From: Candidatus Parcubacteria bacterium
Lineage (GTDB): Bacteria > Patescibacteriota > Microgenomatia > Levybacterales > UBA12049
DNA length: 39,219 nt
Reading direction: 5' to 3'
Assembly (NCBI GenBank): GCA_039798685.1
Contig: JBDKFM010000002.1
Location: 1 to 39,219, forward strand
Below, piece by piece: positions 32,761 through 39,219 of this stretch. Both the position numbers and the translations under genes were made by a program. The notes below the pieces were generated by a model that worked only from the letters and a program-made list of their open reading frames with translations, was not told the DNA's origin and ran no database searches. Position 1 is the stretch's first letter. Each line of letters begins with the position of its first letter.

Positions 32761-33174
32761 TTACTTCCGCTTTTTGTGGAGTGATTTTTTTGCTTTCGAT
32801 TTTGCAACTATCGTACTTTCGACGACATCCTCAACAGTACTCCAGAAATCTTCGTTATTTTCATCCGCCAAAAGTCGCTCAACAATCCTCTTATAGCCTT
32901 TTCCGGCATAGCGAAGCTGCATACTTACAGACGCAATCGTCGTCGGAGTAACACGAAGCGTCTTCCCTATCATCGGATACGTATATTCTTTCTCAAGCAT
33001 CAGAGCAATCGCGAGGCGTTTGGCGAGCATCATCTTCTCAATCGGAGACAGTAAATCACTGAGAAACGCATCCAACTCATTCTTATCCTTCATCGTCAGA
33101 ATTGTTGATGAAAAAAGCGCAAACATTTGCTCTTCGAGGTCTCGTCGTACCGGTAGTTTTGATAATTGTGACAT
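32761..33174 (-). CDS. TrpR-like / YerC-YecD family DNA-binding protein
   Basis: LSPIEKMMLAKRLAIALMLEKEYTYPMIGKTLRVTPTTIASVS matches the helix-turn-helix core of the Trp-repressor-like YerC/YecD family. Confidence 0.6.
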   Translation of the reverse strand: MSQLSKLPVRRDLEEQMFALFSSTILTMKDKNELDAFLSDLLSPIEKMMLAKRLAIALMLEKEYTYPMIGKTLRVTPTTIASVSMQLRYAGKGYKRIVERLLADENNEDFWSTVEDVVESTIVAKSKAKKSLHKKRK

Positions 33175-33192
33175 TTTAAAATTTGGCTTTTT

Positions 33193-33221
33193 ATAATATA
33201 TATCACCGAACAGATTGTCAA
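33193..33221 (-). promoter_or_regulatory. Sigma-70-type promoter TTGACA-17-TATTAT, 18 nt upstream of the ATG at 33174
   Basis: Minus strand reads ccTTGACAatctgttcggtgatataTATTATaaaaagccaaattttaaaATG. Confidence 0.55.
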
Positions 33222-33284
33222 GGAAGTGTTTTTTGCAAAATAAGACTTTTACACGGTACTCACTGTTTCATGTAAAATAAAATA

Positions 33285-34046
33285 GTGCACATAAAGTTTC
33301 TTCAACTCAATATCTACATGGGAAAATGTATGGAGACGCTCCTTACCTATCTTAAAGAGGAGCAGTTCGATATCCTCAGTTTCCAGGAGGTGTCAGGTGG
33401 CGAAATAAGTTTTGACAAGAGCAATACATTTCAAAAGATCATTGATCTCGGGTATGACGGAGAGATCAGCGTGACATGGAGATATAAAGACAAACCCCAC
33501 TCCTTTTTCGGCTCATCAGTATTTTTCAAACCGGCATTCACACTCCTCAATAAAAAGGAAATCTGGCTCAAAGACTATATGGAGATTGAGACGCTTGAAG
33601 GTTTTAAATCAGAAGAATTCCCAAAATCCGCACTCAGCGTCACACTTGAAAATGAAGGCAAAAAGTTTGAAATTATCAGCACACATCTCGCCTGGTCACC
33701 AAGAGCCACCGACACTCCTGAAAAACTACGACAGGCAGAAATATTCCGTACATATATGACAGAGAGACATCTCCCATTTATCCTTTCGGGTGATTTCAAT
33801 GTCACCCCGGACACAAAAGTCTCATCGATGTTTGACCACTTCGGCCGCAATCTGACAAAAGAACACAACCTTAAAAATACCTTAAATCTCAGGGTGCACA
33901 GACACAAAGAGGAATTGCTCAGAGAAGGAGGTGTCGCAGTTGATTATATTTATGTGAGTCCTACTATTTCGGTCACAAAATTCTCTCCAGTAGACTCAGT
34001 AGATCTCTCTGACCACCTCGGACTCCTGCTTGAGTGTGAAATTTAG
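33285..34046 (+). CDS. Endonuclease/exonuclease/phosphatase (EEP) family protein
   Basis: FLQLNIYMG...FDILSFQEV (N/E motif), ISTHL, SGDFNVTPD, SDHLGL (catalytic His). GTG start preceded by TAAAAT (33273-33278) and a 6-nt spacer. The first in-frame ATG is at 33318. Confidence 0.8.
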   Translation: MHIKFLQLNIYMGKCMETLLTYLKEEQFDILSFQEVSGGEISFDKSNTFQKIIDLGYDGEISVTWRYKDKPHSFFGSSVFFKPAFTLLNKKEIWLKDYMEIETLEGFKSEEFPKSALSVTLENEGKKFEIISTHLAWSPRATDTPEKLRQAEIFRTYMTERHLPFILSGDFNVTPDTKVSSMFDHFGRNLTKEHNLKNTLNLRVHRHKEELLREGGVAVDYIYVSPTISVTKFSPVDSVDLSDHLGLLLECEI

Positions 34047-35494
34047 AGAGAATGCGTCTTTCCATTTTGAAACAGTGCCGAATCTCTAAAGATCCGGTGA
34101 TTTTTTACTTCATCAGGCGTTGAGACGCTCTCGCACAATCCGTGTAAGAATTTCTCATCACTGATAATGCCGCTCTCTGCTCTCCCAGTTTCTCTGGTCA
34201 CAACGGAATACAAATCAAGCGCTCTATTCAGTATACGAATATGATCATTTCTTCTGATTCTCGTCTCATCTGTACCGAGAGAATATGCAATTTTTTGCTG
34301 ATAGATAAAATCCCTAAGGATCATGTTCATATCACTCTTGCTCCCTCTTCTTTTCAGAAGTTCAAAAACTGCATTCCTCAGTGTTGCGTCCTCAGTAAAC
34401 GTCTTATCGACGATTACCTCCCCTATCGTGCTTCGTATATGCGGATGCATCTTTGAATAACTATCTGGGGCTTTGGCGTCAGCCTCATCTTTCAAAAGAG
34501 AAAAAAGAAGAAGTTTGGCATCTACCGAAGCACTCTCATGTTCATAGAACAGACCAAACTCATGCCACAGTGATTTTGCATCAGAGTATGCAAATGCTTT
34601 TAGGATTTGAAGCCGTATCTTCTGTACTTCATCCCGAAGTGCTTCTGATGGACGTCCGCCGATACGCATCTGCTCTTGTGCCTGTGTAAAGTAATTTCGG
34701 TAGACAGTGAGAAGATGTTCCTGTGCCGGCTTATTTGACGACTCCCCCTCATAACCCTCTGCTGCATCCCGCAGCGGATCAATATATACTCTTCGGACAC
34801 GATTGATGAGTCCTTGATTACCACTTCCCCTCATTGAAGCATCAAGCACGGGCTCCATGTGTACCAGAAACGCCGCATGCCCATAAGCACTTTGTGAATG
34901 GAGCACGAGCTCTGCCATTCGCGGATTTCTTTCAAAATGCTCAAGAAAAAATTCAATGATTGCTGGATATTCCTCTAATGCAAGCGCCGTTGTCCCGTCT
35001 CTTTTTCCAATCATTTGCTCAAGACGCATGAGTGCAACTGATGCTCCTGCCTGATCCTGTGTAATCTCAACCTTTTGCGCAAGACGTGAAAAAGCCCGAA
35101 ATGACTCAGGATGCGCCTCAAAAACATTTACGCTACCTTGTACTATCGTTTTCAACGTCTCCCGATCCATCTCAATTGCGTGCTGCGCAACACGAGGTAT
35201 GTATGAGGCTGCGATAAGACGCCCGAAAAATCCGCCTGGATTTTCTCCCTCATCACCAGTCGGCATTGTATGATCCGTAAAAGTCCAGCGCGATTGTGGC
35301 ATACCGCTCCCGGTCGGTGAAGTATTTTCCATACGGAGGTCTGCGATCCCGCTTTTTGATAAAGCTGAGGCTGTTTCCTGAAGGAGCATAAAATCCACAA
35401 CAGGCATGGTACTACGCTCAAATTGTATTTGTGCGAAACCGTCTGGAGAAGTCTTAAACTCAATATGATTACCATTTCGAGGCCGTTCACTCAT
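34043..35494 (-). CDS. Hypothetical protein (483 aa)
   Basis: Long ORF with an extended -10 element 6 nt upstream. Its stop interlocks with the EEP gene stop (TTAG at 34043-34046). No recognisable motif. Confidence 0.65.
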   Translation of the reverse strand: MSERPRNGNHIEFKTSPDGFAQIQFERSTMPVVDFMLLQETASALSKSGIADLRMENTSPTGSGMPQSRWTFTDHTMPTGDEGENPGGFFGRLIAASYIPRVAQHAIEMDRETLKTIVQGSVNVFEAHPESFRAFSRLAQKVEITQDQAGASVALMRLEQMIGKRDGTTALALEEYPAIIEFFLEHFERNPRMAELVLHSQSAYGHAAFLVHMEPVLDASMRGSGNQGLINRVRRVYIDPLRDAAEGYEGESSNKPAQEHLLTVYRNYFTQAQEQMRIGGRPSEALRDEVQKIRLQILKAFAYSDAKSLWHEFGLFYEHESASVDAKLLLFSLLKDEADAKAPDSYSKMHPHIRSTIGEVIVDKTFTEDATLRNAVFELLKRRGSKSDMNMILRDFIYQQKIAYSLGTDETRIRRNDHIRILNRALDLYSVVTRETGRAESGIISDEKFLHGLCESVSTPDEVKNHRIFRDSALFQNGKTHSL

Positions 35495-35500
35495 GAAGGA

Positions 35501-35509
35501 ATTGTAGCA
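35501..35509 (-). promoter_or_regulatory. Extended -10 promoter TGCTACAAT, 6 nt upstream of the ATG at 35494 (leaderless arrangement)
   Basis: Minus strand reads attTGCTACAATtccttcATG. The same 9-mer precedes the DUF2207 gene. Confidence 0.55.
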
Positions 35510-35617
35510 AATTTGAGGGTAATTTACAATACTCTAGGCTTATTATAGCCTCACTTTCCTCTCTTCTACGATACCCGAATCCAGACTGAGTAAATCTTGA
35601 TTCTCTGCCATTTTGAA

Positions 35618-35626
35618 TGTCATACT
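35618..35626 (+). promoter_or_regulatory. Extended -10-like element TGTCATACT, 6 nt upstream of an in-frame GTG at 35633
   Basis: Read directly: aaTGTCATACTgcatatGTG. Confidence 0.35.
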
Positions 35627-35632
35627 GCATAT

Positions 35633-36142
35633 GTGGAAAGAATTGGTCTCGTACTAACTATCGCCGTTATCCTCATCTTCACACGACATTTTCTACGTCG
35701 ATCAATGATACTCGCATGGATTGTAGGCATTCTTCTTCTTGTCTCACTTGTCTACACCACCTTTCAGGGAGCAGGTGTGTTATCCAAAAATCCCATTTTT
35801 ATTTTCTATGGATTACTCACAACTGTCGTAGTAAATGCGTTTGGAATTTTGCTTTTACTCGCTGATACCAAGAACAAATTATCCTCTATTGTAAAAGACT
35901 CACCCCTTTCAAATCACCTTGTGAGAGGTGCAGCACTCTGCGCTCTCCTTCTTTTACAAACCCACCTGTATGCGTTTTTACTCTACAAATTTAGTAGTTC
36001 GCATCCCGGGAAGGGAGATTTAGTGATGCCCCTTCTCCTCTCATTTATTAGTGGGGTCATACTCATTCATTTCTATAGAGATTTTCGGATAGCTCGGAAT
36101 CAGGAAGTAAATATTCCTCAGGGAGACAAAATAGCAACCTAA
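35633..36142 (+). CDS. Hypothetical integral membrane protein (5-6 TM helices)
   Basis: Hydrophobic throughout. The track start at 35597 is TTG. The GTG at 35633 fits the local promoter-to-start geometry, but the start remains uncertain. Confidence 0.55.
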   Translation: MERIGLVLTIAVILIFTRHFLRRSMILAWIVGILLLVSLVYTTFQGAGVLSKNPIFIFYGLLTTVVVNAFGILLLLADTKNKLSSIVKDSPLSNHLVRGAALCALLLLQTHLYAFLLYKFSSSHPGKGDLVMPLLLSFISGVILIHFYRDFRIARNQEVNIPQGDKIAT

Positions 36143-36747
36143 TATTCACTTCTGCCGTCCATTGCGCGCTCGAGGGTTGTGGGGTCGGCATATTCCAAAT
36201 CTGCACCAACAGGAAGTCCTCTTCCAATCCTTGTAATTCTCACATCACTATTCGCACTCCGCAGTTGCTTACTGATATACATCGCAGTCGCTTCCCCCTC
36301 CATCGTCGGATTTGTTGCGAGGATGAATTCTTTTATAATATCGTTTCCACTTTTTGCACGCTGCAACAGCTGATTCACATAGATCTCATCTGGACCAATA
36401 TTATTTAAAGGATCAATCTTGCCATGAAGTACATGATAAATCCCTTTATATTTCCCATTTTTCTCAAGCGCGAGGACATCGAGAGGCTGTTCAACAACAC
36501 ACACCACCGAATGATCACGCAGCGCATCTGCACAAATACTACATGGATCTATTTCATCAACGTTATAACACGTCTTACAAAGTATCGTATTAGTTTTGAG
36601 ATTCTTCACTGCTTCTGCAAATCGATCAAGCTCATGCTGCGGTACATGCAAAAGATAAAACGTCAACCTCTGTGCGCTTTTCGGACCAATGCCGGGAAGA
36701 CGCTCAAATGACTCAATAAGTGACTGAATTGTTGCGGGGATTTTCAT
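36139..36747 (-). CDS. recR: Recombination protein RecR
   Basis: ERLPGIGPKSAQRLTFYLL (HhH), Cys4 finger CKTCYNVDEIDPCSIC, Toprim VVCVVEQPLDVLALE. Confidence 0.93.
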   Translation of the reverse strand: MKIPATIQSLIESFERLPGIGPKSAQRLTFYLLHVPQHELDRFAEAVKNLKTNTILCKTCYNVDEIDPCSICADALRDHSVVCVVEQPLDVLALEKNGKYKGIYHVLHGKIDPLNNIGPDEIYVNQLLQRAKSGNDIIKEFILATNPTMEGEATAMYISKQLRSANSDVRITRIGRGLPVGADLEYADPTTLERAMDGRSEY

Positions 36748-36759
36748 GATAGATACAGC

Positions 36760-36768
36760 ACTATAGCA
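36760..36768 (-). promoter_or_regulatory. Extended -10 promoter TGCTATAGT, 12 nt upstream of the recR ATG
   Basis: Minus strand reads gtTGCTATAGTgctgtatctatcATG. Confidence 0.45.
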
Positions 36769-36795
36769 ACTTCGCTACCCAACGGTCAATTGGCT

Positions 36796-37695
36796 TTAGG
36801 ACTGAAGCACACTGACGACTTCCGAGGCAACGGAAAGTGTCGTTAATTTCGAAAATTGTTTTTCCTCAGGTACCTCAATTGTGTCAGTGACGAAAACATG
36901 TGAGGCCGGTGAATCCTGCAATAATTTCGCTGCATCTTCTGAAAACACCGCATGCGTCGCAAAGATAGCAACGTCCTCTGCTCCTCCCTCGATAAGAATA
37001 CGTGCAGCCTGCACGATTGTTTTACCACTCGAGATCATATCATCAACAATCAGACAGCGTTTCTTTATCTTCCCGTGCACACCTGACGCATCGATACTCC
37101 CCGTCGTGAGATCCCGGTTTTTCTCAACCGATGTCGTCTCCATACCCCCAAGCATCTCAGATAGCTGCGAAAGCCTCCTGAGACCTCCCATGTCTGGGGA
37201 AACGAGTACTGTTTCATTATCAATCCAACCGTTTTTCTTTATTTCTGCGGCAAAAAGCGGCAGTGCGGAAAGATGCGTCACGGGAAGTGTAAAAAGCTCA
37301 GGAGTTTTGATTGAGTGAAAATCAAACCCGATGACTCGTGTCGCACCGTTTACCTCAATCGCATTGATCATCACCTCAAGCGACCTGGCCTCACCTGTCC
37401 TAAATACATGATCCTGTCGGGAGTAGCCGATATAAGGGATCACTGCAGTGACGGATTTCGCACCGTTTCTGGTAGCACCGTCAAGAAGAAGAAATAATTC
37501 TATATAGTGTTGATCAGTCGGCATACCAGTCGACTGGACAATCACCACATCCTGATCGACAATATCGTCTCTTAGCTGGATACGCTGCTCACCGTCAGGA
37601 AAAACGTGGTGTTCAACCTCAGAAAGCCTGATACCTAATCCCTCTGCAACCGCACTCCCCAACTGCCTCCCTGCAGAGCCTGCAAAAATCTTCAT
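36796..37695 (-). CDS. prs: Ribose-phosphate pyrophosphokinase
   Basis: MKIFAGS..., GYSRQDH, LVSPDMGG, IVDDMISSGKT. Start set to the ATG at 37695, 6 nt after TGTTACAAT. The track start is 37716. Confidence 0.92.
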   Translation of the reverse strand: MKIFAGSAGRQLGSAVAEGLGIRLSEVEHHVFPDGEQRIQLRDDIVDQDVVIVQSTGMPTDQHYIELFLLLDGATRNGAKSVTAVIPYIGYSRQDHVFRTGEARSLEVMINAIEVNGATRVIGFDFHSIKTPELFTLPVTHLSALPLFAAEIKKNGWIDNETVLVSPDMGGLRRLSQLSEMLGGMETTSVEKNRDLTTGSIDASGVHGKIKKRCLIVDDMISSGKTIVQAARILIEGGAEDVAIFATHAVFSEDAAKLLQDSPASHVFVTDTIEVPEEKQFSKLTTLSVASEVVSVLQS

Positions 37696-37701
37696 AGAAA
37701 T

Positions 37702-37710
37702 ATTGTAACA
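37702..37710 (-). promoter_or_regulatory. Extended -10 promoter TGTTACAAT, 6 nt upstream of the prs ATG (leaderless arrangement)
   Basis: Minus strand reads ggaTGTTACAATatttctATG. Confidence 0.55.
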
Positions 37711-37796
37711 TCCCAAAGAGAATGCTCATAGAGAAAAATGTCTGTCATCGAGAAAAAACTTTGGATCACTTCGTTCAATCGAAATGACGTTTCGTA

Positions 37797-37805
37797 TGGT
37801 ACAGT
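37797..37805 (+). promoter_or_regulatory. Extended -10 promoter TGGTACAGT, 6 nt upstream of the GTG at 37812
   Basis: Read directly: gtaTGGTACAGTaaaaagGTG. Confidence 0.45.
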
Positions 37806-37811
37806 AAAAAG

Positions 37812-39219
37812 GTGAAAAAAATCGCATATATCCTCCTCCCCTTTCTCTACCTATTCCTTCTCCTTTTCCAAATCGATCAGTCGATGCTCGAAGATCTGGG
37901 ACGTCATCTCAAGATGGGTGAAGTAATCCTGCAGTGCCTCTGTGTTCCTCAGACAAATCTTTTTTCATATACTCATCCGGATTTCCCCGTCGTCAATCAT
38001 GAGTGGCTGACGCAAGTTATTCTCTTTTTCTTTTACAAACACTTCGGACTCACAAGTCTGCTTTTCGTAAAAATAGCAGTAATCATGCTCTCTTTTGCAA
38101 TCGTCTATTATCTGGCAAAGAAAAAGAGCTCATGGTACTGGCTCACACTAATCTCCTTCGTCTGTATCATTATTTTTTCCTCGCGCTTCAGAGTACGACC
38201 TGAGATGTTCAGTTATCTTTTCCTCGCGCTCTTCCTTCTGATTCTCTCGTACTACCAAAGAGCAAAACGTCTACTCCTTCTCCTCCCGCTTCTGATGACG
38301 CTATGGGTAAATATGCACATTTACTTTATCCTCGGGTTCATGCTCTATGGCAGCTTTCTGTTGCAGGAATTTCTTGTCACAAAAAAACCACCCACTTTTC
38401 TTCTCATCATTGGTGGATTGTTATTCGTAGCAACGCTATTAAATCCTGAATTTGTCGATGGTGCGCTGCTACCGTTCACATTTTCTGCCAACTATGGTTT
38501 GTCAGTACAGGAAAACATGAGCGTCTTTGAGTTTGGGAAATATGCCCCGTCATTTATTTACACCCTCACGCTCCAAGTAATGACGTTTGAGATAGTTGTC
38601 GGCATCTTTCTTCTTACAGCTCCACTACTCTTCAAAAAAACAGCAGTTGCCAACATAACAAACGGACTGTTCTCAGCGCTTCTTGGATTACGATTTGTCC
38701 GGAGCATCAGCATCTTTGGACTCTTAGGACTTGAGCCACTTTCTGAAAAAATGACACTCATAGAAAAAAACCTGCGACATACTGCAGGACACCACATGCT
38801 CAATACGGTAAAAACACTACTTTTACTCAGTGTTCTTTTCGTCACATATCTGTATGCAGACGGATTGCATAAAAATAAAGTCCTTCAGTTTGGATTTCAA
38901 CCCTATGCAGAAGACGCGACAAATTTTATCAACAACAATCAAGTACAGGGACCGATTTTTAATAACTACCAGATCGGAAATTACCTGATTTATGGACTCT
39001 ATCCTCGCGAAAAAATCTTTATTGATGCCAGACCGGAGATGTATCCAAAAGAATTTCTCAGTGAGTACGAGAGAATGCTCGTTGATCAGGATTTTTTCGA
39101 TACTCAGGTACATAAATACGGAATCAATCTCATCGTATTTGGCGTACAGATGGAAGACCCGGAAACTATCAGACCGTTTCTCCTGAGGCAAATTGAGAGC
39201 AAGAAGTGGATTCCGATCT
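37812..39219 (+). CDS. Polytopic membrane protein, 3'-truncated by the window end (GT-C-like, tentative)
   Basis: Not in the supplied ORF track. I translated this frame by hand and found no stop from 37812 to 39219 (469 codons): VKKIAYILLPFLYLFLLLFQIDQSMLEDLGRHLKMGEVIL...NHEWLTQVILFFFYKHFG...FNNYQIGNYLIYGLYPREKIFIDARPEMYP... It has at least 9 hydrophobic helices and an acidic first-loop motif (MLEDLG). An alternative start is the ATG at 37884. Confidence 0.7.
   Translation, partial: MKKIAYILLPFLYLFLLLFQIDQSMLEDLGRHLKMGEVILQCLCVPQTNLFSYTHPDFPVVNHEWLTQVILFFFYKHFGLTSLLFVKIAVIMLSFAIVYYLAKKKSSWYWLTLISFVCIIIFSSRFRVRPEMFSYLFLALFLLILSYYQRAKRLLLLLPLLMTLWVNMHIYFILGFMLYGSFLLQEFLVTKKPPTFLLIIGGLLFVATLLNPEFVDGALLPFTFSANYGLSVQENMSVFEFGKYAPSFIYTLTLQVMTFEIVVGIFLLTAPLLFKKTAVANITNGLFSALLGLRFVRSISIFGLLGLEPLSEKMTLIEKNLRHTAGHHMLNTVKTLLLLSVLFVTYLYADGLHKNKVLQFGFQPYAEDATNFINNNQVQGPIFNNYQIGNYLIYGLYPREKIFIDARPEMYPKEFLSEYERMLVDQDFFDTQVHKYGINLIVFGVQMEDPETIRPFLLRQIESKKWIPI

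Noticed and set aside
1-39219. Mobile elements, CRISPR arrays, defence systems, toxin-antitoxin pairs, reverse transcriptase / DGR
   Set aside because: No transposase, integrase, recombinase, Cas, RT or nuclease-NTPase defence signatures were recognised in any frame. The only direct repeats are the short MVA-cluster family. The only nuclease-like gene is a single EEP-family protein without partners.
1-39219. Alternative genetic code (UGA recoding, as in some CPR lineages)
   Set aside because: All conserved genes are intact under the standard code. TGA terminates the MVK-like gene at 14177-14179 at the expected protein end.

Overview
Gene-dense chromosomal segment with 46 supported CDS on both strands and very short spacers. 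I saw no rRNA, tRNA, CRISPR array, transposase or integrase. The context is bacterial: a class A PBP, RecR, an ECF sigma factor, sigma-70-type promoters and a TPP riboswitch. The many small orphan genes and the archaeal-flavoured isoprenoid genes suggest a small-genome, CPR/Patescibacteria-like organism, but no marker gene is present to confirm this. The standard genetic code fits (TGA is used as a stop). The centrepiece is a minus-strand mevalonate (MVA) supercluster at 11268-21910. In transcription order it encodes class I HMG-CoA reductase, archaeal-type HMG-CoA synthase, thiolase, a DUF35 OB-fold protein, three orphans, two tandem mevalonate-kinase-like GHMP kinases, an MVD homolog, one orphan, an IDI-1-like Nudix protein and UppS. 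Four things make this cluster worth a second look. (1) By manual alignment, the MVD homolog has Asn at the family's catalytic Asp and the IDI homolog has Ile at the catalytic Cys. (2) There are two MVK-like kinases but no ERG8-type PMK or isopentenyl-phosphate kinase in the window. (3) The DUF35 protein has no zinc ribbon. (4) An A/T-rich inverted-repeat family (core AATTTCAAATT / AATTTGAAATT) is confined to the cluster's spacers, with a related copy in-frame inside the HMGR gene. Window-wide, most transcription units have a -10 or extended -10 element (TGnTAnnnT) only 5-9 nt upstream of the start codon, which implies mostly leaderless mRNAs and allowed several start codons to be re-assigned. 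Other content: a TPP riboswitch upstream of a thiY/thiZ/thiX-type ABC importer, cysS, prs, recR, a sufT-like gene, a cupredoxin-VOC pair, two GT-C-like membrane proteins and several orphan genes. One orphan has an HExxH motif and another has glutamine-synthetase/amidoligase-like motifs. The ORF track omits a 469-codon open-ended ORF at the right edge (37812 to window end).
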